DNA from: Candidatus Levyibacteriota bacterium
GTDB lineage: Bacteria > Patescibacteriota > Microgenomatia > Levybacterales > UBA12049
Length of the DNA: 64,000 bases
Reading direction: 5' to 3'
Assembly: GCA_052034235.1 (NCBI GenBank)
Contig: JBPOIT010000005.1
Coordinates: forward strand, 177,698-241,697
Positions within the stretch are counted from its first letter, which is position 1; the number at the start of each line of letters is the position of its first letter. A program made the position numbers and the translations under genes. Under the pieces are notes generated by a model. That model did no database searches, had not been told where the DNA came from, and was given only the letters and a program-made list of their open reading frames with translations. Below, one piece after another: positions 18,760 through 28,684 of this stretch.

Positions 18760-19245
18760 ATGTCTTTCTTTGATATTTTAGATAATCTTGAGGATTTCAC
18801 TATTCCAAGTGTCGTAGTCTTTTTATTATTAATTACACTCCCCCCTGCTGCGTTTTATGGAGGGATCTATTATGATCGTAAGACCTATGTTCCTCCACCG
18901 ACACCTACACCCACGCCACGAAATATTGTTGATGCTGCTCCTGGACCATATCACGGTACATGTAAAAAATATAATTTGATTACAAATCCAAAAATTGCTC
19001 CTCCATCAAACTTCCCTGGTTATAATGAAAGTAATCTTGTAGCTATAAATGGTGAGATAACTACAATAGTTAAAAACGGATGGCTTATAGATGCCGGCAC
19101 CGCAAGGAAATATTTTATTTTAGATAGTACTGTTATTCTAGATAAATATTCTATAAATAATTATGCTGTTGGAGATTGCGTCACCCTCTATTATGGTTTG
19201 ACAAAGAAAGGTAGTGAGAGAACATTTAGTGTAACAACTCAATAA
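18760..19245 (+). CDS. Hypothetical membrane-anchored protein with a Pro/Thr linker
   Basis: N-terminal TM, PPPTPTPTP. TTGACA-17-CATACT promoter at 18712-18740. Confidence 0.6.
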   Translation: MSFFDILDNLEDFTIPSVVVFLLLITLPPAAFYGGIYYDRKTYVPPPTPTPTPRNIVDAAPGPYHGTCKKYNLITNPKIAPPSNFPGYNESNLVAINGEITTIVKNGWLIDAGTARKYFILDSTVILDKYSINNYAVGDCVTLYYGLTKKGSERTFSVTTQ

Positions 19246-19275
19246 TTGCTAAGTGATAAAAATTTGAAAAAATTA

Positions 19276-19563
19276 TTATTTTTTCTTTTTTTTGGAGACT
19301 TTTGCTTTTGTGGATTTGGATACAGCTTTTGTTTTTGCAGTTGCTTTATGTGTTGTTTGGCTGCTTAGGTAGAGAAGGCCTATTAGGAAACCGCTTACGG
19401 CAATTGTGAATACGACATAATTTCTTAGTGCTTCAAGATCGTTGAAGAAGTAGTTTTGATTGGTCATGAATTTCCAGAAGAGTACAAATGCAATTCCTAA
19501 AACGAGTAAGGCAACGACTGCTTTTGCTGTACTAAGAGGCTCATGATGCTTGGTGTATTTCAT
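19276..19563 (-). CDS. Hypothetical 2-TM protein with a Lys-rich tail
   Basis: Two hydrophobic helices, basic C-terminus; follows pilin copy 2. Confidence 0.6.
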   Translation of the reverse strand: MKYTKHHEPLSTAKAVVALLVLGIAFVLFWKFMTNQNYFFNDLEALRNYVVFTIAVSGFLIGLLYLSSQTTHKATAKTKAVSKSTKAKVSKKKKK

Positions 19564-19585
19564 TGTAGATTAAGAATAATTAAAT

Positions 19586-20053
19586 TTAGCGAGTGACTGA
19601 GATAGTTTCACCAAGTTCTGCTGCTGGGGCTGTGATTGTCACTCTACTATCACCCGCTCCGACTGCTACTGTGTATCCGGTTACATATCCTGCTGGGCAT
19701 GTCGATGCGATTGCAACGCCACCGCCGGTCAATGGATCTACTGGAAGTTGCGCGATATATTGGGTGACAAGTGCCCCACAAATATCCTGTGCTGCATCTG
19801 AGATCGTTCCAGACGCTCCTGCAGCTGGCATTCCTGCTGGAAGAGCTCCATTGTTATCTGCTTGATATTGGCCGATTGCATTAAGGATAGCATTTACATC
19901 AGATGATCTCTTTGTGTTATTTGCTTGTGAGAATTGTCTTGCTGGATTGATAGCGATAAGGGTGATTGATAGAAGGACTGCTAAAATACCGATAACGACG
20001 AGGAGTTCGATGAGTGTGAAACCTTTTTGGGATTTAAAATTTTGGACAGTCAT
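19586..20053 (-). CDS. pilA: Type IV major pilin, copy 2
   Basis: Same prepilin motif; near-identical to 18115-18582. Confidence 0.9.
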   Translation of the reverse strand: MTVQNFKSQKGFTLIELLVVIGILAVLLSITLIAINPARQFSQANNTKRSSDVNAILNAIGQYQADNNGALPAGMPAAGASGTISDAAQDICGALVTQYIAQLPVDPLTGGGVAIASTCPAGYVTGYTVAVGAGDSRVTITAPAAELGETISVTR

Positions 20054-20155
20054 GTTTTTTGTTGATCAATTTATTTATTGATCTGTATTAATATTTACAA
20101 ACTGTAGAGTTATTGTCAATATACTAGTTTTCGAAAAAAAAACGAAAACTTGTGC

Positions 20156-21292
20156 TTAGTTAGCGAGAACAATTGTTATATCGTATTCCCCATCTTGTCT
20201 TTCTTGTACAGTAATGTTGGTTTTTACTTTTCTAATTTCATCAAGAACTGCATTTCTCACTTCTTGTGTCACGTTGCCGGAAAATGAAACAACCGTGCTT
20301 GTCGGAGTCGCGCTGCTTTGTGTTGAAAGTGTTAGTGTTTTAAAAGCAAATTTGCCGAGACCTTCCCTAAGGGTTTGTGCTGCTGTGTCTGAAGTTGATG
20401 CATTGGTGATCTGAACTGCAAGTGTTGGAGCTTTAACGATTGCTGCAGTTGGAGCAATCGTCGGGATAGGTGCAGCAATTGTATTGGCTGTTGCTGCTGG
20501 TTGTGTTGAAGAGGTTTTTTTCGGTGGCGGCTGATTCAGGCTTTGGAGATAAACTACTACCAGGATAATCAATAAGAAAGCCAAAAAGCCTACCATGATA
20601 TAGAGACGTTTTTTATCAGGCTTTTTATTCTTTTCATCAAAATCTTCAATCTCCATCTCAACACTTGTTTCAGTTCCCTTTCGTGGTTCCGGTTTATAAA
20701 TTTCCGCACGCAGTAAATCAAACTCTTTCAGCGTATTTACCTTTGCAAAAAATGTACTCACCAGCGTATTATCCAAAACCGGTTTAGCACTGAGATTACC
20801 TCCGAGAATAAAGCCTGGATAGACAGCGTCCACTGCAAAACCTATTTTGGTGAAAGAACTTTTAATCGCTTCAAAAAAGTCCTTATTCACAGCACAAACT
20901 CGAATACCATTTTTAAGAGGAATTGATTTACTAACGACATTTTCATAAGGAACGTGCTCAACAAAATCCATTGAAAGGACATGTATTGTTTCCATTGTCA
21001 TTTGAGGTGGTGGTGCAACCGGTTGGCCTTTTTGCGGTGGCGGAGGGGCTGGCAAAACAAAATCTTTTACAAAATACGCATTGTCCGCAAGAATAATTGT
21101 AAAGCTGCTTGGTGGAAGTTTGGTATTGGTAACAAACACTTTAATCAAATTTTCCAGCATCTCCGGATTGATGACATCAGAATCTCTCACGATTTCCGGC
21201 ACAAATCTGAATTCAATAATTTGCCGCAAAAGCGGTGAATACAGCTGAAACTTGTCTTTTTGTAAATAAATAATTCCTGGTTTGCCTGTCAT
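20156..21292 (-). CDS. Pilus-locus bitopic protein (degenerate PilM-like N-terminus, TM, Pro/Thr linker, LytR_C-like tail)
   Basis: Position in the T4P operon, single TM, ends YDITIVLAN. Domain calls are tentative. Confidence 0.45.
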   Translation of the reverse strand: MTGKPGIIYLQKDKFQLYSPLLRQIIEFRFVPEIVRDSDVINPEMLENLIKVFVTNTKLPPSSFTIILADNAYFVKDFVLPAPPPPQKGQPVAPPPQMTMETIHVLSMDFVEHVPYENVVSKSIPLKNGIRVCAVNKDFFEAIKSSFTKIGFAVDAVYPGFILGGNLSAKPVLDNTLVSTFFAKVNTLKEFDLLRAEIYKPEPRKGTETSVEMEIEDFDEKNKKPDKKRLYIMVGFLAFLLIILVVVYLQSLNQPPPKKTSSTQPAATANTIAAPIPTIAPTAAIVKAPTLAVQITNASTSDTAAQTLREGLGKFAFKTLTLSTQSSATPTSTVVSFSGNVTQEVRNAVLDEIRKVKTNITVQERQDGEYDITIVLAN

Positions 21293-21293
21293 A

Positions 21294-21710
21294 TCAATAT
21301 ACTTCCCTTTGTGATTGCACCTGCAATAAATTGTTTACATATGTTGCTTGTATCTCAACCTTACGAATATATTGCCCGACTGACCCAGTCGATCTAATCG
21401 TAAACGGTGTTCCCGGTTGACCTGTTCCTGTAACGACGATATCTGCACTGCCGCTCCCAATTGGTAGATCTGTCTCCCCTGTATACGTTGGATTGCGTAA
21501 AAGGCGCAGCATCCCATTTTCAGCGCCGCTTTGGGCTACTTGATACGCAGCTTCTCCTTCCTGAAGTCGCATGCCACTTGTTGAATTAACAAGCATCATC
21601 ACAACAGCTGCCGACGTAACTGTGAGACCGATCACTGAAAAAAACAAAAGCGTCACAAGCGCCTGACCGCGCTCTGAAAAAACAGATTTTATAAAATACT
21701 TATATTTCAT
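21294..21710 (-). CDS. Minor pilin, PilX-like
   Basis: RG|QALVTLL, A...AQSGAE, IRSTG. Confidence 0.7.
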   Translation of the reverse strand: MKYKYFIKSVFSERGQALVTLLFFSVIGLTVTSAAVVMMLVNSTSGMRLQEGEAAYQVAQSGAENGMLRLLRNPTYTGETDLPIGSGSADIVVTGTGQPGTPFTIRSTGSVGQYIRKVEIQATYVNNLLQVQSQREVY

Positions 21711-21716
21711 ACGCCG

Positions 21717-22235
21717 TTATAATCGGTAATCTCTGGACAATGTCGTTTGAAAATCTCTCGATTCTGGACCTGACGGACGCTGCGTTCGGCTAGTAACCGT
21801 AAAGTTAAACCGAACTGTATCGCTGCCACTTCCATTTCCAATCCGCTGAAAACTCACATTTGAAACCTGAGAATCAAAACCGTTAAGCGTATTGCTCCCG
21901 TAATTATTTACAACCTGCAGATTGCCGCCTGCATTGACGCTATAAGTATATCCTACCCCATTTATAGTCATTTGCAAAGTAGATGAGGTTTCGCCCGGAT
22001 CACTCGGCTCAACGATATTGGTTGCCGATTTCGTGTCATAAAGGAGCTTGGACAAAATATACCTCCCATCCTGATCAACACTAGAAGCAGCCTCTGATTC
22101 CAGCTGCACATCCACAATGGTCGCAAATATCATCCCCAAAACCCCCACCAAAATAGACATCATCCCCATATACAAAACCAACTCAATAAGCGTAAACCCT
22201 TTAGAAGTAAATCTTTTAACTCGTCGAAATCTCAT
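21717..22235 (-). CDS. Minor pilin, PilW-like
   Basis: KG|FTLIELVLY. Confidence 0.8.
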   Translation of the reverse strand: MRFRRVKRFTSKGFTLIELVLYMGMMSILVGVLGMIFATIVDVQLESEAASSVDQDGRYILSKLLYDTKSATNIVEPSDPGETSSTLQMTINGVGYTYSVNAGGNLQVVNNYGSNTLNGFDSQVSNVSFQRIGNGSGSDTVRFNFTVTSRTQRPSGPESRDFQTTLSRDYRL

Positions 22236-22498
22236 ATCTTTATTGAGCGTATCGGTTTACGCCCTAACTTTCAAGAGGCTAGTTAACTAACGTAATAATT
22301 AATCTAGAATTATGATCCGCCAGATTGTGGAGTTGGTGTTGGCTCGTTTCCACCACCGTCATTTTGCAAAGGTTGAATAATCGATTTGGCAAAATTAAAT
22401 AAAATTTGATAAGCATCTTTGGAATATTTTGTCCAAATAAGGGTTTATAATGCAGAGCTTAAGAGTTTTCATTTTATACTATAAATATAGCTTTTCTC

Positions 22499-24994
22499 TC
22501 ATTGTGAATAATTCCAGCTTATATCATAAAGATATGGAGAAATCATTTGATTTGTTGTTTCCATAAAGACTTTGTAGCGAAAACACCTGCCTGGATTTTG
22601 ATAGTTACCTACATTTAGTAGTGGAATAACGCTAGTATATTCGACATTTCCTGTGCTAACTGTGGAAAATGTATCTGTTGGGGCAGTAGTTCCTCCAGGT
22701 CCAACATAATCGTAGGTAGAATTGTTACAGCTTCCAGAGATAGCTGGAGCAATGGCTAATTGAAATTTGACACTTGTGCTTACCGGCTGATAAATATTGG
22801 ATAGTAATCTGTTAAATGCTCTAAGAGCAGTGCTTCCATCTACTGATGCGGTATCGAAGATTGGGGATTCGTAGGAACCGCTTGGGACGTATATTGCATC
22901 GTCTGGACCTCCTTCAATAATTTTTAATTCATTTAGTGTTGTATTAGCGATCATATAGATATACGTTTCATAATCTTTTTCTGAGACGTAGGTTAAATCA
23001 TTGAAGCCTGAGTCATAGTTAACGCCTGAACAATATGTGGGCGTTGCTTCTGTGTCCATATTAAGTACTTGGTATTCTTCTGCATCGTTTCCATTAGAGA
23101 CTGCATCACTGCCCACAAGCACTGCCCGCTCGCCATTCAGAACTGTCATTGATCTTCGGGGATACATCTCGACATCAGCGGCAGGCGCTGGAGATGCGCT
23201 CTCATAATAGCCACTGGACGGAGTACCAGATCCAGAAAGGAATGAAGGAGAAGTTTTTGAAGTAGTATTTAAGACATAAAACTGCTTACTATCAGCCTGA
23301 CCATTACCATTGCCATCAATACCTCCGTTTGATGATATATATGCTCGACTACCATCCGACTTCGCAAACACAGAATTTGCTGCTTCCTCCGTTCCACTTT
23401 GGTTATTGAAATCAAGTGTTCCACTTCTTCTCCAACTTGAATTACTGCTCGATGTTGTACCACAACTGTTGCCAGTCAGTGAGGTTCCACTAGTCGGTGC
23501 CGTTGTTGCGTTCACTATTTCAAATTCAGGATTGGTAACACCACCAACGGCAACATACACATAGGTACTACCCCCAACTGAAACGGGGAAAATGTCATTT
23601 GTAGCTTTCAATTCAATATTTCCGCCGTCAGAGCAGTCATTATGAATAGGTGTTGTATCATCTCCCCAAGAGGTGCCAGATTGTCCAGGGTCGTATTTCT
23701 CAGCAGTTGCTGTTGTACCAGGATTACATTCGTAGCCGTCGAGTTGGATTCTACATCCTAGCATTGGGAGACTTGTTGTTGTGGTGGCAGTATCAATATT
23801 GGCAAGGTTGAAGACATAGAGATAGCCACCGGATGCAACATAGCCTCTTGTTCCAAGTGCGGCAATTGTCGATGCACCGTAACCATATGGTGATTGATCG
23901 TTGGTCGCCACACTTGAATACCGTTTGGTATTAAAAAAGGTTTTAAATTTATAAATTTTGTTTACTGGATCTTGGAATTCGTTATCTGTAGCATTATTGC
24001 CGTCATTTACGAGAATTGCAATTACCTCCATACCTGTCAGATTGGTGCCGAGTAGTGCATAGGTATTGCCGCCAGATGAACGGTAATACACCACATCTGT
24101 CGTCTTAAAATTATTATCAAACCCGGAGATCGTCTGTGGAGAATAACCACTGGCAAATTGTCCTGCATCCATCGTGAATTTACCACGCAGCGTAGCAGTA
24201 GGTGTTGCAACGTCTGCAGGGACATTTACATGGGCAAGTTTGATAACACTTGATGTGGAAGGAGCTGTAGCGACAAAAACATCATTGGGAATAGTATTGG
24301 AAACAGCGCTAGCTGTTGCAGAAACAGCAACTGGCGGCCCATCAGGAAGATCAATTGTTGAACTATTAAAAGAAGGGGAACACCACTTAGCTTTATTATT
24401 GTTTGAGAGACGGATAGCCCCGTCATTGCCTATGCCTGAAATCGAAACCAGATTTGTATATTGTCCTAAATCAAATTCAGTTTTTGCTGAATCAGAAGCT
24501 GAATTATTTTGTATTCTCGTTAAATAGAGACTTGAGTAGATTGATGACGTTTTTGGTTGTGACCATGAAACAGTTATATCTGCTTTTTTGGTTGATAAAT
24601 CAAGGATACTCCCCGGAGCTCCTTGGGCGATGATAGCTCCAACTGACGTGCGGTACACATCGCTAATAACCACTTTACTCGTAATCCCGCCAGATGTGCT
24701 CGCACCTGTGCTGAGTGCCCAACTTGATCCTGAAATCACAGGATGAAATGTGCCATTGACTGCAAACGAAGACCAGCCTGTATCTCTGATACTTTTGACT
24801 GCTGCTTCTGTTTCCTTCATCACTTGAATTGCCCGCACTCGCTGTTCCTGCTGAGGTTTGCCTTCACGTGATGCAACAAGGCCTGTTAGAAGAGCCGGCA
24901 AAATAATAGCGGCGAGTCCAATCGCGAGAACAAGCTCAACGAGCATTTGGCCTTTCAGTTTTATGATTTTAATTCGCACTGGTAATAACTCCAT
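22499..24994 (-). CDS. Giant pilin-like protein: prepilin N-terminus fused to a large Cys/Ser/Thr-rich domain; probable adhesin
   Basis: KG|QMLVELVLAIG then about 800 aa of beta-rich sequence. True start may be GTG 24979. Confidence 0.7.
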   Translation of the reverse strand: MELLPVRIKIIKLKGQMLVELVLAIGLAAIILPALLTGLVASREGKPQQEQRVRAIQVMKETEAAVKSIRDTGWSSFAVNGTFHPVISGSSWALSTGASTSGGITSKVVISDVYRTSVGAIIAQGAPGSILDLSTKKADITVSWSQPKTSSIYSSLYLTRIQNNSASDSAKTEFDLGQYTNLVSISGIGNDGAIRLSNNNKAKWCSPSFNSSTIDLPDGPPVAVSATASAVSNTIPNDVFVATAPSTSSVIKLAHVNVPADVATPTATLRGKFTMDAGQFASGYSPQTISGFDNNFKTTDVVYYRSSGGNTYALLGTNLTGMEVIAILVNDGNNATDNEFQDPVNKIYKFKTFFNTKRYSSVATNDQSPYGYGASTIAALGTRGYVASGGYLYVFNLANIDTATTTTSLPMLGCRIQLDGYECNPGTTATAEKYDPGQSGTSWGDDTTPIHNDCSDGGNIELKATNDIFPVSVGGSTYVYVAVGGVTNPEFEIVNATTAPTSGTSLTGNSCGTTSSSNSSWRRSGTLDFNNQSGTEEAANSVFAKSDGSRAYISSNGGIDGNGNGQADSKQFYVLNTTSKTSPSFLSGSGTPSSGYYESASPAPAADVEMYPRRSMTVLNGERAVLVGSDAVSNGNDAEEYQVLNMDTEATPTYCSGVNYDSGFNDLTYVSEKDYETYIYMIANTTLNELKIIEGGPDDAIYVPSGSYESPIFDTASVDGSTALRAFNRLLSNIYQPVSTSVKFQLAIAPAISGSCNNSTYDYVGPGGTTAPTDTFSTVSTGNVEYTSVIPLLNVGNYQNPGRCFRYKVFMETTNQMISPYLYDISWNYSQ

Positions 24995-25451
24995 ATCTAT
25001 TTAAACGTATCACTTTTTGATTCCCATCTATCGTGTCAGTAAGCGTAATCACAGCTGAACTACTTGCATAACCTGGAATTTCACCACTCCCTTTTAAGAA
25101 TACCAAATCCGCACCTGCAGATGCGAATGTGACTGTTAAGGTACTGGGAAGTGTAATTGTAAAATTGGCTGTGCCATAGCTATTTCGAAAAAGCGTGTAG
25201 TTTGTCGTACTGAAGCGAATGCCATAATTTGCTGAATCCCCACTGCCTTGCGTGTCTCCGACCATTGCTTTTACTTGCTGTTCTTTGAGATCCGTAACAA
25301 GTGTATTAACTGCTGCATTGATTTGGGAATTCTGTTGAAAATTTCCGAGGCTTACGGTTGCAAGCGCGGTCATCACTGCAAAGATCGACATTACGAGAAG
25401 TAATTCAACCATTGTGAAACCTGATTGTAGTCTTTTCGGTACTTCATTCAT
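24969..25451 (-). CDS. Minor pilin, FimT/GspH-like
   Basis: SG|FTMVELLLVM and C-terminal LNRYG. Confidence 0.8.
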   Translation of the reverse strand: MNEVPKRLQSGFTMVELLLVMSIFAVMTALATVSLGNFQQNSQINAAVNTLVTDLKEQQVKAMVGDTQGSGDSANYGIRFSTTNYTLFRNSYGTANFTITLPSTLTVTFASAGADLVFLKGSGEIPGYASSSAVITLTDTIDGNQKVIRLNRYGVITSAN

Positions 25452-25460
25452 TTGTCATGT

Positions 25461-26513
25461 CTACCTGGTTCCCACAGAGCCGATAAGTTGATAAATCGGC
25501 GCAATAATAGCCATCATCATTCCTCCTACCAATACTCCCACCCCGACAAGCATAATCGGTTCAATAAGCGCGGTTACTGTCTTTAAGGTACTTGAAACTT
25601 GGTAATCAAGATACTCAGAGACATCAAGCATCGCTCTATCAAGAGAACCTGAGCGCTCGCCTGCCTCGATGATTTTGATCATAATCGGCGGCACAACTTT
25701 TTTATTGTCTTTCAACCCTTCAGACAATTTTTTTCCGGAAAACACAACATTTTTTGTATGAACAATTGCGTTACGAATATTTTTTTTCATAACCACATCT
25801 TGTGTCAATTCCAATGCAACAGTGATTGGCAAACCTGCAGTGAGGAGTAAATACAAACTCCTTGTAAATCTAGTCAAATCAATCTGCTGCGCAAGGAGTG
25901 ATATCAGCGGAAGAGAAGTCAACGCATGTACGAGCACCATTTTATTTTGTTTATAAACGTAGACAATGCCAGCAACAATCGCTGCTGTGACAGCAATAAT
26001 CGGTATTGTATAATTCATAATCGCATCAGACATAAAAATCATGATTTGTGTCGGAAGCGGCAAATCAACTCCTAAACGAACAAAAACAGTTGAAATCTTC
26101 GGGACAACAACAACCAGAATGACGAGCAGCACAAGGACAAAGACTATCATGATAAATATTGGATAAATCAGTGCTGATTTGATCTTGTCATTAAACTCAA
26201 TATCTTTTCTTATGGTGTTTTTCAAATCAGCAAGTGCCGTATCAAGCGTACCCGACTCTTCGGCAGCTTTGACGATACTTACTGTCACTTTGTCAAAAAT
26301 CTTTGGGAATTTCTCAAAGGTTATATACATGTGCTGTCCTTGCCCGAGATCAGCTTTCATTTGCTCAAGCAGTTTTTTTTGAGCTCCCTTTGAATCTTCA
26401 AGAAGCGACTGGACAGTTTCAAGAATTGGAATGCCTGATGAAAGCATCGTGTGCAGATTACTGACGAGCGCAATTTTATCATTGCTTGAAAGCTGAGTAT
26501 TGAAGGTTTTCAT
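25461..26513 (-). CDS. pilC: Type IV pilus platform protein PilC/GspF
   Basis: SGIP, AEESGTLD, YP, GERSGSL, IEP. Confidence 0.92.
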   Translation of the reverse strand: MKTFNTQLSSNDKIALVSNLHTMLSSGIPILETVQSLLEDSKGAQKKLLEQMKADLGQGQHMYITFEKFPKIFDKVTVSIVKAAEESGTLDTALADLKNTIRKDIEFNDKIKSALIYPIFIMIVFVLVLLVILVVVVPKISTVFVRLGVDLPLPTQIMIFMSDAIMNYTIPIIAVTAAIVAGIVYVYKQNKMVLVHALTSLPLISLLAQQIDLTRFTRSLYLLLTAGLPITVALELTQDVVMKKNIRNAIVHTKNVVFSGKKLSEGLKDNKKVVPPIMIKIIEAGERSGSLDRAMLDVSEYLDYQVSSTLKTVTALIEPIMLVGVGVLVGGMMMAIIAPIYQLIGSVGTR

Positions 26514-26516
26514 CTT

Positions 26517-28202
26517 TTATAGAGCTTCGACTTTTGTAACACGTAATACTTCTTCAATCGTCGTGTCCCCTTTGATGACTTTCACTAGACCGTCATCAAG
26601 CATCGTTGTCATCCCGTCTGCAACAGCCTGCTTAAGAAGCACATCTGAATCATTATGCTCTGTGATGAGCTTTTTAATGTTGTTATCAACCTCAAGCACT
26701 TCAAAAATACCCAAACGTCCTGAATAGCCGGTGAAATGACAAACTTCGCATCCTTTGCCTTTATATATACGCACATCGCGTTTGGTTCCGAAATGCTTTT
26801 TTATCATTTCTGCAGGCAAATTTTGAAGCAGTTGATCGGTTGTAACATCCATTGATGATTTACACATCTCACAAATTTTTCGAACCAAACGCTGAGCGAC
26901 AATACAGTTCACGGTTGAAGCCACAAGAAATGGTTCAACCTTCATATCAGTCAAACGAGGCAGCGCACCTGCTGCATCATTTGTGTGGAGTGTTGAGAGA
27001 ACCAAATGCCCTGTTAAAGCTGCGTTAACCGCAATGCCTGCAGTTTCTGAATCACGGATTTCTCCAACCAGAATAACGTTTGGATCCTGGCGAAGGATAG
27101 AACGCAAACCGGACGCAAAAGTGAGTTCTGCTTTTGCATTGGTTTGGATCTGGTTAATGCCTTTCAAACGATATTCGACTGGATCTTCGATTGTCGTAAT
27201 ATTTTTTTCCCTCGTATTGATGATTTTTAAAATAGAATAAATAGATGTCGATTTACCTGAACCAGTCGGACCTGTTGAAAGAATCATACCAAATGACTTT
27301 TTAAACGAGTTCGTCACTTTGTCCAAATCAGCCTGTGTCATACCCAAATCCGCGAGTGAGAACTGACGGAAATGCGAAGCAAGTAAACGCATAACGATTT
27401 TTTCACCGTAAATGACCGGCAAAATAGAAACACGAATATCAAGATCTTCTTCATCAAGTGCGATTCTGAGTTTGCCGTCTTGAGGAGCCTGATGTTCATC
27501 AGTTCTAAGTGAAGACAAAACTTTTATGCGGGTTGAGATTTGCTCATGAAGTTTTTTGGGCAGATACAAAACATCGTGCAAAATACCATCAACACGAAAA
27601 CGCACCAGCGTATCTTTTTCCTCAGGTTCGATATGAATATCTGATGCTCTATCCTGATAGCCATACTGAATGATAAGCTCAACTATTTTTGCAATTGGAA
27701 TCTCAATAGAGGTTGATTTCGCTGCTGTATGAACTTGTTCTGAAACAAGAACGTCAAACGTTTTCTGAAGGTCTTTACGGTATAACCATAGTTTATTGTA
27801 GATATCTCGTTCTGTTGCAAGGTACGGAAAAACCTTTTGACCGGTTTTTCGCGCAATCATTTCCTGGATAAGTTTATTGGCTGGATCAGCCATTGCTACT
27901 TTAATGCCTTCCTTATCACGGGCAAACGGAATAGCTTTATATTTACGGGCTAAACGTTCAGGTATAATTCGAAAAGCTTCCTCAGGAATTGAAATCTTCC
28001 CAAGTACAATAAAAGGAATTTTTACCGCATCAGCAATAAGAATACCGAGGTTTTCATCAGTGACAACGTCTTTTTCAATAAGAGCGTCAGTAAGCGGGAT
28101 GTCACTGTTTTTTGCATACAGCACTACTTCGTCAAGCTTTTTTTGATCCAGAATCTTAACATTAAGTATGAGCTGTTTAAGCTGATCGTCAGTTAACAAC
28201 AT
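26517..28202 (-). CDS. pilB: Type IV pilus assembly ATPase PilB/GspE
   Basis: ASDIHIEP, GPTGSGKS, TIEDPVE, LRQDPNVILVGEIRD, two CxxC motifs. Confidence 0.95.
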   Translation of the reverse strand: MLLTDDQLKQLILNVKILDQKKLDEVVLYAKNSDIPLTDALIEKDVVTDENLGILIADAVKIPFIVLGKISIPEEAFRIIPERLARKYKAIPFARDKEGIKVAMADPANKLIQEMIARKTGQKVFPYLATERDIYNKLWLYRKDLQKTFDVLVSEQVHTAAKSTSIEIPIAKIVELIIQYGYQDRASDIHIEPEEKDTLVRFRVDGILHDVLYLPKKLHEQISTRIKVLSSLRTDEHQAPQDGKLRIALDEEDLDIRVSILPVIYGEKIVMRLLASHFRQFSLADLGMTQADLDKVTNSFKKSFGMILSTGPTGSGKSTSIYSILKIINTREKNITTIEDPVEYRLKGINQIQTNAKAELTFASGLRSILRQDPNVILVGEIRDSETAGIAVNAALTGHLVLSTLHTNDAAGALPRLTDMKVEPFLVASTVNCIVAQRLVRKICEMCKSSMDVTTDQLLQNLPAEMIKKHFGTKRDVRIYKGKGCEVCHFTGYSGRLGIFEVLEVDNNIKKLITEHNDSDVLLKQAVADGMTTMLDDGLVKVIKGDTTIEEVLRVTKVEAL

Positions 28203-28278
28203 AGGCAGAATAAGACAACACTTTTGCGTGGTCTCCTTTCATTTTCCATTGTTCAGGGGGAAAATTCAATCGGCAAAT

Positions 28279-28644
28279 TTATTTCTTTGCCATTTCGAGG
28301 ATGCGATTGAAGAGTTTATCAAAATCAAAGAAACTCTTATTAATATAGCCGCGTGCTCCCAGCTGTCTCGCTTTCTCAATATCTTTCTCTTGTCCAAGGG
28401 TAGAAAAGACAAGCACGGGTATTGTATTGGTAAGTCCTGACTGCTGCATTGTTGTAAGCACTTCAAAACCGTCTTTTTTGGGCATAATCAGATCGAGCAG
28501 GACAAGATCTGGTGGATTTTCGCTGATTTTTTTCAGACCTTCTTCACCATTATCTGCGATATCAATCTGAATACCTTTTTCCTGAAGTTTAAAGGCGTAG
28601 AAATCACGAAAGAATTTATCATCTTCAACAAGCAATATTCTCAT
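28279..28644 (-). CDS. Single-domain response regulator (receiver only)
   Basis: VEDD, LLDLIMP, FST, INKS. Confidence 0.9.
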   Translation of the reverse strand: MRILLVEDDKFFRDFYAFKLQEKGIQIDIADNGEEGLKKISENPPDLVLLDLIMPKKDGFEVLTTMQQSGLTNTIPVLVFSTLGQEKDIEKARQLGARGYINKSFFDFDKLFNRILEMAKK

Positions 28645-28684
28645 AGCGATTTAATTATGTCTTAATAATTACCTTTGTGCAAGC

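Larger units (their letters stand above)
18115..20121. repeat. Direct duplication of pilin gene plus upstream region (18115-18650 and 19586-20121)
   Basis: Proteins differ at 5 of 155 residues; the 68 nt upstream of each start are identical. Confidence 0.95.

Noticed and set aside
18115-20121. Silent pilS-type cassette or invertible pilin switch
   Set aside because: Both copies are full length with the same upstream region and in direct orientation; no recombinase is nearby.
28030-28202. MshEN c-di-GMP-binding motif at the PilB N-terminus, linking it to the GGDEF protein
   Set aside because: Spacing is similar but the key RLG residues are absent (QLK, PLT), so binding cannot be supported.
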